A stretch of DNA of 32,000 bases from assembly GCA_001790095.1 (NCBI GenBank), contig MGBH01000001.1, positions 960,001-992,000 on the forward strand, in the 5' to 3' direction. The stretch comes from Candidatus Saccharimonadota bacterium (lineage in GTDB: Bacteria > Patescibacteriota > Microgenomatia > UBA1406 > GWC2-37-13). A program made the translations under genes and the position numbers. The notes under the pieces are model-generated. The model saw only the letters and a program-made list of their open reading frames with translations. It had not been told where the DNA came from and made no database searches. Positions 1-7,411 of the stretch are shown here, one piece after another; the stretch's first letter is position 1; every line of letters begins with the position of its first letter.

Positions 1-496
1 TTTTCATCCATTTATCAAATGGAATATCGTGAGCCCCCTTCACGATCCATTCGCTTGTCATACCGGGAAGCACAGAAAAACGTGCCTGGTATTGCTTTGG
101 GATCAGAAGCGCCTCCTCCATGGGGAGCGGACGCGGACCAATCAAACTCATCTCACCCCGCATAACATTGATAAGCTGTAAGATCTCATCAAGGGCATAA
201 TGAGAGAGTTTTTTTCCTACTTTTGTGTATCTTGGGTCATGACGAATCTTAAATACCGGCCCATCAACTTCGTTGAGATGAAGAAGCTTTTTTTGTTGCT
301 TTTCTGCTCCAACTACCATAGTCCGGATTTTATAGAGAGTAAAGGGTTTTTTACCCTTTCCCATCCGCTTTTGTGTAAATATAAACGGGCCCTTAGAATC
401 AAGTTTGACTATAATATACAATACACAAAGGACTGGGATCAGGAAAATTAATCCGCAAAAAGCTATGATGCGATAGAGAAAATAACGAAGCGCCAT
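1..496 (-). CDS. Bacterial sugar transferase (polyprenyl-phosphate sugar-1-phosphate transferase, WbaP/PglC-like). N-terminal part only; the 3' end lies beyond the window start.
   Basis: Absent from the ORF track because it runs off the window. My own translation of the minus strand from the ATG at 496 gives MALRYFLYRIIAFCGLIFLIPVLCVLYIIVKLDSKGPFIFTQKRMGKGKKPFTLYKIRTM...DGPVFKIRHDPRYTKVGKKL..DEILQLINVMRGEMSLIGPRP. That is one TM helix followed by the conserved blocks of the bacterial sugar transferase family. The start lies 4 nt after the rho stop. Confidence 0.85.
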   Translation of the reverse strand, partial: MALRYFLYRIIAFCGLIFLIPVLCVLYIIVKLDSKGPFIFTQKRMGKGKKPFTLYKIRTMVVGAEKQQKKLLHLNEVDGPVFKIRHDPRYTKVGKKLSHYALDEILQLINVMRGEMSLIGPRPLPMEEALLIPKQYQARFSVLPGMTSEWIVKGAHDIPFDKWMK

Positions 497-499
497 GAC

Positions 500-1855
500 T
501 TATCCTTTATTCAGACTTTCCAAAAATTCTTTATTATCTTTGGTCTTGGAAAGCTTGTTGATAAGCGCGGTTAGTCTCTCCTCAGGAGTAAGAAGTGACA
601 ACATGCGACGCAAGGTATTGATACGCACCTGTGTCTCCGCATCAAAAAGCAACTCTTCATGACGAGTACCTGATTTTTCTACATCTATGGCTGGATACAG
701 ACGCTTGTCAGCAAAACCACGATCAAGATGAATCTCCATATTGCCGGTACCTTTAAATTCTTCATATATGAGATCATCCATCCGTGATTCTGTCTTTATA
801 AGAGCGGTTCCAATGATGGTAAGACTTCCCCCTTCTTCACAGTTGCGTGCAGCTCCTAAGAATTTTTTAGCGGGAAAAAGCGCTGCCTGATCAAATCCAC
901 CAGACATGCTCCGCCCGGTACCGCGTCCACCATTGCGTGTATCTACCGAAAGATTGAGCGCACGAGCTAATCGTGTAATTGAATCAAGCAGGATGACTAC
1001 GTCATCACCCATCTCAACCATGCGGCGGGCACGGTCAAGGGCAAGATGTGCCACCTTGACTTGCTGGCGAGGAGACTCATCAAAGTTTGATGCTGCTACC
1101 TCTCCTTTGATAAATCTCTTTATCTCTGTTACTTCCTCTGGCCTCTCACCGATGAGGATGGCCATAAGGCGAGCTTTTGGATAATTTTGTGCAATAGCCT
1201 CGGCCATTTCCTTCAAAAAGGTCGTTTTTCCGGCTTTTGGCTGAGAGACAATAAGAGCTCTCTGTCCAAATCCAACAGGAGAAATAAGATCAATTATGCG
1301 CATAGCCAACACTTCCTTTTTTGTTTCAAGTTTTATCTGTTTATTGGGATGCAAAGAAGTAAGGCTGTCAAAATTTTTTCTTTGTCTGCTTTGTTCTTCA
1401 GTAAGTTCAACTCCGTTTATCTTTTTGATAAGAAGAAGCGAATGAAACCGTTCGCCTTCTTTTGAAGGCCGCGCTAATCCTTCAACCAAATCTCCTTTTC
1501 GCAACCAAAATCTGCGGATCTGAGAGGTTGAGACATAGATATCGGCGTCTGGATTGATAGCATAATCTTTTCTTAAAAAACCATATCCGCCAAATGTGAT
1601 ATCCAGTATTCCTTTTGCTTCATAACTCATCTTCAAATCCTCTTTTAGTCGCTCTTCAAGTGGCGTGTCTTTTTGAGGTTCTTTTGACGCTACAGGAGTT
1701 ACCTCTTTTTTAACATGAGGCTTTTTGACTGTTAAGGGCATTTCCTCAGGAATAATAATAGGCTTTTCCTCATAGGCTTCAAGCATCGAGGAGACATCAA
1801 GAGAAGATGTAGGAGCGGTTTTTTTCTCCGCCGCTGTTTTTCTTTTTGTGAACAT
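500..1855 (-). CDS. rho: Transcription termination factor Rho
   Basis: 451 aa. It has a charged N-terminal extension, an RNA-binding OB region (YGFLR...[17 protein letters not shown]), Walker A ([16 protein letters not shown]), and downstream Rho blocks ([45 protein letters not shown]). Confidence 0.95.
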   Translation of the reverse strand: MFTKRKTAAEKKTAPTSSLDVSSMLEAYEEKPIIIPEEMPLTVKKPHVKKEVTPVASKEPQKDTPLEERLKEDLKMSYEAKGILDITFGGYGFLRKDYAINPDADIYVSTSQIRRFWLRKGDLVEGLARPSKEGERFHSLLLIKKINGVELTEEQSRQRKNFDSLTSLHPNKQIKLETKKEVLAMRIIDLISPVGFGQRALIVSQPKAGKTTFLKEMAEAIAQNYPKARLMAILIGERPEEVTEIKRFIKGEVAASNFDESPRQQVKVAHLALDRARRMVEMGDDVVILLDSITRLARALNLSVDTRNGGRGTGRSMSGGFDQAALFPAKKFLGAARNCEEGGSLTIIGTALIKTESRMDDLIYEEFKGTGNMEIHLDRGFADKRLYPAIDVEKSGTRHEELLFDAETQVRINTLRRMLSLLTPEERLTALINKLSKTKDNKEFLESLNKG

Positions 1856-2307
1856 AAATAAATGAATAAATAATAAAGAGATTTATCATCAAACCTCAAA
1901 TCTATCCCTCATATATACATGAGATGATGATAGCTTTGAATCTTGAAGGAATCATTTTATGTCCAAATAGTATCGAAAAACCATGATAAAAACAAAAGAA
2001 TCAAGTATTCGCAAAAGGCGAAGAATTTTGTATAAGGATCCTCCCAGTATGGGAGAGAAAAAGATACTTTTTCCGTGGCAAGAACGGGTGAGCGCGATCT
2101 CGATCAAAAGATCGAGGATACATCGCCTTATACCCCGCTAAGCGGGGCTACCCTTAGGTTTGATAGCGTCAGAAAAAGTTTTCAATTTGCCGATCCCATC
2201 AGGAGGACCTGAACGAAAGTATACTAGATTCTCCTGTCGTTTGTCAACCTCTTTTATTGGCATATGAAGGACGCAAATAAGGATTCATGTGCTTGTTATA
2301 ATGAGAC

Positions 2308-3093
2308 ATGCTCCCTCTTATTCAGGTATTTAAAACTACCATCCGTGAATATGCGGCATATCGACTCAACTTTATACTTTGGCGGTTAAGGATGTTTTTA
2401 AATCTACTCTTTAATTTTTTTTTGTGGTCTGCGGTCTTTGATACGCGCTCTACGTTTGGACCTTTCCCAAAACACGCTATGATCTCCTATATTTTGTATG
2501 CCAATCTTATCTCCACCTTTGTGCTTGGATCAAGAACTGCAGAGATAGGCGCCTATATAAATGATGGAACAATTATCAATCTTATCCTCAAACCCGTCTC
2601 TTTTTTTAAATACTACTTTGCACGAGACATCGCAGACAAAGTGATGAATATCGTATTTGCTTTACTTGAGCTTGCTATAGTCATCTGGCTTTTTAACGCA
2701 ACGCTTGTTTTACCACAGAACATTATGTTATTTGCCCTTTTTTTCATAAACGGCATTCTTATTTCTTTTTTCATAAACCTTATGCTTTCCTTTATCGGAT
2801 TTTGGACTCCTGAGATATGGGCTCCTCGCTTCTTGTTTATCATGTTGGTATTTTTTATCTCTGGGTCCTACTTTCCCCTTAATCTCCTTCCTCCACCTGT
2901 CTATCATGCTCTTTTAGTTACCCCCTTCCCTTATCTTTTTTTCCTTCCCTCACTTACCCTTATCGGGCAAATAGATGGCGCTGTCATCTTGTTTCAGCTT
3001 TTTTTCTCGTATTTTTGGGTCGTCATACTGTATCATCTAGCCTTATATATGTGGAAAACCGGCAATAAAAATTTTTCATTTTGGGGAAGATAA
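2308..3093 (+). CDS. ABC-2 type transporter permease (uncharacterised ABC system permease component)
   Basis: 261 aa, very hydrophobic, with about 6 predicted TM helices. It is the first gene of a three-gene unit ending in an ABC ATPase. The family call rests on architecture and context, not on a motif. Confidence 0.65.
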   Translation: MLPLIQVFKTTIREYAAYRLNFILWRLRMFLNLLFNFFLWSAVFDTRSTFGPFPKHAMISYILYANLISTFVLGSRTAEIGAYINDGTIINLILKPVSFFKYYFARDIADKVMNIVFALLELAIVIWLFNATLVLPQNIMLFALFFINGILISFFINLMLSFIGFWTPEIWAPRFLFIMLVFFISGSYFPLNLLPPPVYHALLVTPFPYLFFLPSLTLIGQIDGAVILFQLFFSYFWVVILYHLALYMWKTGNKNFSFWGR

Positions 3094-3098
3094 TACTA

Positions 3099-3188
3099 AT
3101 GACCAATTATCAATTATCAATCAAATTCCAATGATTCAATAATTAATGGAAATTCATTGAAAATTGCAAAACTGAAAATTGAAAATTT
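3099..3188 (+). repeat. AT-rich palindromic element, family A (atgaccaatt...caattatcaatca...ttgaaaattgaaaatt); intergenic copy
   Basis: It shares its start (atgaccaatt) and internal blocks (atcaattatcaatcaaattcc[a/g]atgat) with the copy at 4959-5040, and its heptad tail (ttgaaaatt units) with the other copies. Confidence 0.85.
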
Positions 3189-3984
3189 ATTTATGAATGG
3201 TTTAAAAAAGAATATAAGGATCTTTTATCTTCTTTCCCTCAATGCCCTGAAAATTACCTTTCAGGCCCGAATCGGTGGGATATTTTTTCTTATTGGTAAA
3301 ATCATCCGTGTATTTTTTATTTTTTTATTCTTGAGTCTTATCTTCAGTCGTACCCGAATCATTAAGGGGTATACATTTGACCAAATTCTGCTTTTTTATC
3401 TTACCTTTAATATCATCGATACATTGAGTCAGATCCTGTACCGCGAAGTGTACCGATTTCGTCCACTGGTTGTGAGCGGCGGACTTGATATGGTTCTTCT
3501 TAAGCCGTTTCATCCTTTTGTCCGAGTGCTTTTGGGTGGTATTGATTACTTAGATATTGTTTTAATAGTTCCCTATATTTTATTGACTCTGGGAATTTAT
3601 ATAAAAATGGGTTCATTTCATTGGGGAAATATTATCTTGTATGTAGCTCTTCTTGGCAACTCGATGATCGTTGTTACTGCGTTTCACATCATCGTGCTTG
3701 CTTTTGGAATCATGACCACAGAGGTCGATCATACAATCATGATCTATCGAGATCTTATATCGATGGGAAGGTTTCCTTTGGAGATCTATAAAGAACCCAT
3801 AAGGGCAGTATTTACCTTTATTATTCCAATCGGAGTCATGATGAATGTGCCTGCACAAGCCCTCCTGGGGACTCTTTCCTGGAGGGGCGTCTTTTCTGCT
3901 TTTCTGATATCATTGGGGATGTTATATATCTCTCTTATATTTTGGAAATATGCACTTAAAAAATACCAAAGTTGGGGCGGTTAA
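3157..3984 (+). CDS. ABC-2 type transporter permease, second component
   Basis: 275 aa polytopic membrane protein between the first permease and the ATPase. The first 12 codons (MKIAKLKIENLF) are encoded by the AT-rich repeat at 3099-3188, so the true start is probably the ATG at 3193 (MNGLKKNIRIF...). Confidence 0.65.
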   Translation: MKIAKLKIENLFMNGLKKNIRIFYLLSLNALKITFQARIGGIFFLIGKIIRVFFIFLFLSLIFSRTRIIKGYTFDQILLFYLTFNIIDTLSQILYREVYRFRPLVVSGGLDMVLLKPFHPFVRVLLGGIDYLDIVLIVPYILLTLGIYIKMGSFHWGNIILYVALLGNSMIVVTAFHIIVLAFGIMTTEVDHTIMIYRDLISMGRFPLEIYKEPIRAVFTFIIPIGVMMNVPAQALLGTLSWRGVFSAFLISLGMLYISLIFWKYALKKYQSWGG

Positions 3985-3993
3985 ATAATAATT

Positions 3994-4962
3994 ATGATAT
4001 CGGTCAAAGATCTTACTAAAATTTACAAAGTCCATGAGCGCCAGGGAAATTTTATCAAAGATGTGTTATTTCGCAAATTCAAACGGGTTGAGGCGGTACG
4101 AGAGGTCTCTTTTTCCTTGGAACGCAATGAACTTGTCGGCTTCATAGGCCCCAATGGCGCCGGAAAAACCACAACGCTGAAGATACTAAGCGGTATACTT
4201 TACCCTACTTCTGGGCAGGTGTTTGTTGATGGATTTACTCCTTTTGAAAAAAAACCCGCATTTCTTAAACAGATTGCCTTTGTCATGGGACAGCGAAATC
4301 AGCTCATCTGGGATCTTCCGACAAGAGACAGTTTACAACTTCAGAAAACGATATATGAAGTCTCCGATCTTGAATATAAAAATAATGTACAGGAACTCAC
4401 CTCTCTTCTTGATTGTCAAAATCTGCTGGACAAACCGGTAAAAACGCTTTCTCTGGGTGAGAGAATGAAGATGGAGCTAGTAATGGGGCTCCTCTATAGG
4501 CCACGCATCGTGTTTTTCGATGAGCCAACCATTGGTCTTGATATATTTTCCCAAAGTGCAATAAGGGACTTTATCAAGGAGTATCAATCCGAAACTAAGT
4601 CAACCATCATATTAACAAGCCATTATCTTGAAGATGTTAAACGTCTTGCTAAAAGATTAATCATCATCAATAAAGGGTCAATAGTATATAATGGAAGTTT
4701 GAGTAATATTATTGAACAATATTCGCTTGAAAAGCACGTCAGAGTAACCCTTGACAAAACAGTAAATGAGACAGAAATCCGTAGAATCAATGTGCCATTT
4801 ATGTATACACACCCCAAAATCACCTTTAGCATAAAAAGAGGTGTTTTACCGGAGAAAATCAAGCTTATTACTCAAACTCTTCCTTTTTCAGATCTAACTG
4901 TTGAAGATGAAACGATTGAAGACATCATCAAAAGCTTCTTTGAAGAACAGAGAAACAAATGA
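3994..4962 (+). CDS. ABC transporter ATP-binding protein
   Basis: Walker A GPNGAGKTT, Q-loop MGQRNQ, ABC signature LSLGERMKM, Walker B IVFFDEPTIGLD, H-loop TSHY. The TGA stop lies inside the first bases of the repeat copy at 4959-5040. Confidence 0.92.
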   Translation: MISVKDLTKIYKVHERQGNFIKDVLFRKFKRVEAVREVSFSLERNELVGFIGPNGAGKTTTLKILSGILYPTSGQVFVDGFTPFEKKPAFLKQIAFVMGQRNQLIWDLPTRDSLQLQKTIYEVSDLEYKNNVQELTSLLDCQNLLDKPVKTLSLGERMKMELVMGLLYRPRIVFFDEPTIGLDIFSQSAIRDFIKEYQSETKSTIILTSHYLEDVKRLAKRLIIINKGSIVYNGSLSNIIEQYSLEKHVRVTLDKTVNETEIRRINVPFMYTHPKITFSIKRGVLPEKIKLITQTLPFSDLTVEDETIEDIIKSFFEEQRNK

Positions 4963-5040
4963 CCAATTTTCAATGATCAATTATCAATCAAATTCCGATG
5001 ATAATTGATTGAAAATCGGAAATTGATAATTAATAATTAA
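4959..5040 (+). repeat. Family A AT-rich palindromic element; intergenic copy supplying the TGA stop of the ABC ATPase
   Basis: atgaccaattttcaatgatcaattatcaatcaaattccgatgataattgattgaaaatcggaaattgataatt. The two arms are imperfect reverse complements. Confidence 0.85.
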
Positions 5041-5056
5041 AGCGTATAATTTTAGA

Positions 5057-5500
5057 ATGTCTAAAAAATTCACTCCATATCTATTTCTTGGCCTTCTAGC
5101 AGTCATTCTTTTTTTTATACTCGGAGTACGCTATGGCCAAAAAGTAGAAAAAACCAATAAAGTTATCACTGCTCTTATAAGTATTCCGCCTACCGCTACC
5201 GTTGCTCCCACCCAACCACCACTTACATTTTTAACTTATGTAAGCAAAGGGTGTGGGATCTCTTTTACTTATCCAAACTATTTTAAAGTTGAGAGGGAGT
5301 CGTCAAAAAGCGCAACATTACGTTATCGAAACCAATATATGAACTTTAGTTGTTTGAACTTTAAAAAAGAAGCAAGCCCTGAAGCTCATATGACTATTCT
5401 CACTAAATCAAACCCAAAAAATAGTGTAAAAACGGTATTTTATTTGGATAAATCACTTCTTCCTCTTCTTGAAGAAAGCATTAAATTTGTTACAAAATAG
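5057..5500 (+). CDS. Hypothetical membrane-anchored protein
   Basis: 147 aa with an N-terminal TM or signal anchor (YLFLGLLAVILFFILGV) and a Pro/Thr linker. No recognisable motif. Confidence 0.5.
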   Translation: MSKKFTPYLFLGLLAVILFFILGVRYGQKVEKTNKVITALISIPPTATVAPTQPPLTFLTYVSKGCGISFTYPNYFKVERESSKSATLRYRNQYMNFSCLNFKKEASPEAHMTILTKSNPKNSVKTVFYLDKSLLPLLEESIKFVTK

Positions 5501-5526
5501 GGCTTGGTTTTGCTACAATTAAGCTT

Positions 5527-6633
5527 ATGTCAAAACTCAAATTAGCCTATTTTGGCACGCCCATCTTTTCAGCCTACCTCCTTGAAAAAATCATCAAAGA
5601 CAAAGAGTTATCCGGTATCATACAGCTTGTCGTAACACAACCTGATAAGTTAGTTGGGAGAAAGCAAATTCTGACAAAGTCGCCCGTAAAAATAGTTGCA
5701 CAAACACATAAGATTGAAGTTTTGGATGATTCGGAAAGTGAAACGCTACTGCAAAAGATCAAGGGACTTGATCTTGCCATTGTGTATGCTTACGGTTTTA
5801 AAAAACTTCTTCCCCTCTCACTTCTCAAAGCCCCAAAAATCAAAATTAAAGATACGGGGACAGGTTTTATCAACATCCACCCTTCTCTTCTTCCTTTATA
5901 TCGCGGCTCCTCTCCTATCGCATACCCCATCTTGCTTGGAGAAAAAATAACTGGCGTATCGCTGTTTGTAATGGATGAACAGATGGATCATGGACCGCTT
6001 ATCGTACAAAAAAAAGTAGAAATAAGATTAAACGAAACAAGAAGCGATATGGAATCAAAATTGACTGATCTTGGGTTTGAAATACTGAAAAAACTTCTCA
6101 ATTCTTTAATCCGTGAATCCGTTAATTCATTAATTTTCACTCCTCAGAATCATTCCCTTGCCACCCGTGCCCCCTATATGATACGAGAAGATGGATATAT
6201 TGAGTTTACAACTCTCAAGAAAGCACTGAACAATGAGCCAATTGCTTTTAAAGAATTACCGCAGATTATCCAAAACTACCTTGATCATTATCCCCAGACA
6301 GATCGAGAACTAGTCTCAAAATACAAATTAGGAAATTATAGTCTGGATTCCCGCCTCCGCGGGAATGACATTTTTTCCAATTCTTCTCAGATTATCTATG
6401 ACTTTTGGAGAGGCATTTCGCCCTGGCCTGGTGTGTGGACCCTGTTAGAACCTCCGAGGTTTGACACGGTCCAGAAAGATAGAATCTCGGAGATTAAATG
6501 GAAAGGCCCAAAACGGCTCAAAATAACTGAAGTATCTTTTGTGGACAATATACTACAAATCAAAAAGGTCCAGCTTGAAGGAAAAAAAGAAGTGGACTTT
6601 ACAACCTTCCAAAAGGCGTATGGTTTGTTATAA
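5527..6633 (+). CDS. fmt: Methionyl-tRNA formyltransferase with an extended C-terminal domain
   Basis: N-terminal formyltransferase fold (LAYFGTP.FS, VVTQPDK, NIHPSLLPLYRGSSPI, VMDEQMDHGP). At 368 aa it is longer than typical Fmt. The extra segment contains an in-frame palindromic repeat at 6337-6370 encoding YSLDSRLRGNDI. Confidence 0.85.
   Translation: MSKLKLAYFGTPIFSAYLLEKIIKDKELSGIIQLVVTQPDKLVGRKQILTKSPVKIVAQTHKIEVLDDSESETLLQKIKGLDLAIVYAYGFKKLLPLSLLKAPKIKIKDTGTGFINIHPSLLPLYRGSSPIAYPILLGEKITGVSLFVMDEQMDHGPLIVQKKVEIRLNETRSDMESKLTDLGFEILKKLLNSLIRESVNSLIFTPQNHSLATRAPYMIREDGYIEFTTLKKALNNEPIAFKELPQIIQNYLDHYPQTDRELVSKYKLGNYSLDSRLRGNDIFSNSSQIIYDFWRGISPWPGVWTLLEPPRFDTVQKDRISEIKWKGPKRLKITEVSFVDNILQIKKVQLEGKKEVDFTTFQKAYGLL
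6337..6370 (-). repeat. GC-core palindromic element, family B (TGTCATYCCCGY-loop-RCGGGRATCCAGWCTATAAT), inside fmt in frame
   Basis: tatagtctggattcccgcctccgcgggaatgaca matches the copy at 13514-13545 at 29 of 32 aligned positions (13514-13545 spans 32 nt). The stem is attcccgc/gcgggaat. Confidence 0.9.
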
Positions 6634-6667
6634 TGGAGAAATTGTTTATTAATTTGATACTTATCTT

Positions 6668-7411
6668 ATGGGTGAAACTGCTGCTGTTCCCGAACCAACA
6701 CAACCTGTTACATTTGAGCAACTAAAAGGCGCTTTTAACGTCTTTAAAGACGATTATAAGATCGTCAATCATCCCAACACGCCAGTCAATACTCCATTCA
6801 ATGTTCCAAATCAACCCGATGCACATGGACGTCAATACAACCTCACTCTCATCCCAGAAGAAATGACAGAAAAAGAATATTTAAGTCATTTAGAAGCACC
6901 CGAAGGCATAGTTCTTTTCATCGGATGCATGGATCGTGATGCAGCACTACCCGCTTATCAAGAACTTCAAAAACAATATTCTGGCAAGAAGATTATATAT
7001 CTTACCGTAGCCGGTGGTGTTGTGCAAAAGGAGCAGCAACGTAAAGACGCGATGAGAACAATAATTACTCATGCATCACAGCATCAAGACCATATTGAAG
7101 CGGTTATTGCAACAGATCATGACCATACCTGCGGCAAAGTAAAAGCAGACCTTGCTGGAACTCCTCTTGCACAGGTTATAGGTATCGAACTTCCTGAAGT
7201 TGGAAACCCTGCCCCACCAGCCGAACAAGCTGAAATGAAATCTCTTATTGCAGGTGGTATTACAGAGCTTGGATTACGTAAGTTATTCCCTGGAAAAGTA
7301 CTTCCAGGTCTCGTTGCAATAAATAGACAAGGCAACGCTCATATTGATACAAATTTTCAAGGAGTACAACCAAAAACAATCAATCAAGTTGTAGAACAAA
7401 AAATAAGTTAA
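6668..7411 (+). CDS. Hypothetical protein with a CxDxD...AGG...HxCG pattern, possibly a beta-carbonic-anhydrase-like fold
   Basis: 247 aa with a Pro/Asn/Thr-rich N-terminus. The core reads IGCMDRDAAL ... YLTVAGGVV ... VIATDHDHTCGKV. By eye this parallels the CMDxR / RNAGG / HHTDCG blocks of one beta-CA clade. Not verified by search. Confidence 0.55.
   Translation: MGETAAVPEPTQPVTFEQLKGAFNVFKDDYKIVNHPNTPVNTPFNVPNQPDAHGRQYNLTLIPEEMTEKEYLSHLEAPEGIVLFIGCMDRDAALPAYQELQKQYSGKKIIYLTVAGGVVQKEQQRKDAMRTIITHASQHQDHIEAVIATDHDHTCGKVKADLAGTPLAQVIGIELPEVGNPAPPAEQAEMKSLIAGGITELGLRKLFPGKVLPGLVAINRQGNAHIDTNFQGVQPKTINQVVEQKIS

Noticed and set aside
200-451. The 83-aa plus-strand ORF at the window start
   Set aside because: It lies antisense to a minus-strand ORF with unmistakable bacterial sugar-transferase motifs (1-496). 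It has no motif of its own.
906-1465. The two 92-aa plus-strand ORFs inside rho
   Set aside because: They are antisense to a strongly supported rho gene, and their peptides are low-complexity and Arg/Ser-rich. They are typical shadow ORFs. The same reasoning applies to these other antisense track ORFs: 2613..2843, 3325..3513, 3613..3858, 4623..4862, 5574..5780, 7117..7335, 7710..7922, 10316..10570, 10851..11078, 11293..11538, 12155..12644, 16111..16345, 17752..18012, 18200..18412, 19562..20105, 21117..21680, 22676..22879, 23558..23755, 24464..25039, 25389..26281, 27815..28135, 29675..30561 and 31284..31841. Four further track ORFs are same-strand alternative-frame overlaps (4223..4441, 5696..5950, 22816..23112 and 23725..23916), rejected because each lies out of frame inside a well-supported CDS on the same strand and has no motif of its own.
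1983-2156. A 57-codon basic ORF (MIKTKESSIRKRRRILYKD...) in the rho/ABC spacer, and a possible SRP, tRNA or RNase P gene in the same spacer
   Set aside because: The ORF has no RBS, promoter logic or recognisable family, and it overlaps the hairpins. The tcaggtcc string on the minus strand lacks the GGAA tetraloop and the symmetric-loop context of SRP RNA. I found no tRNA cloverleaf and no RNase P or tmRNA signature.
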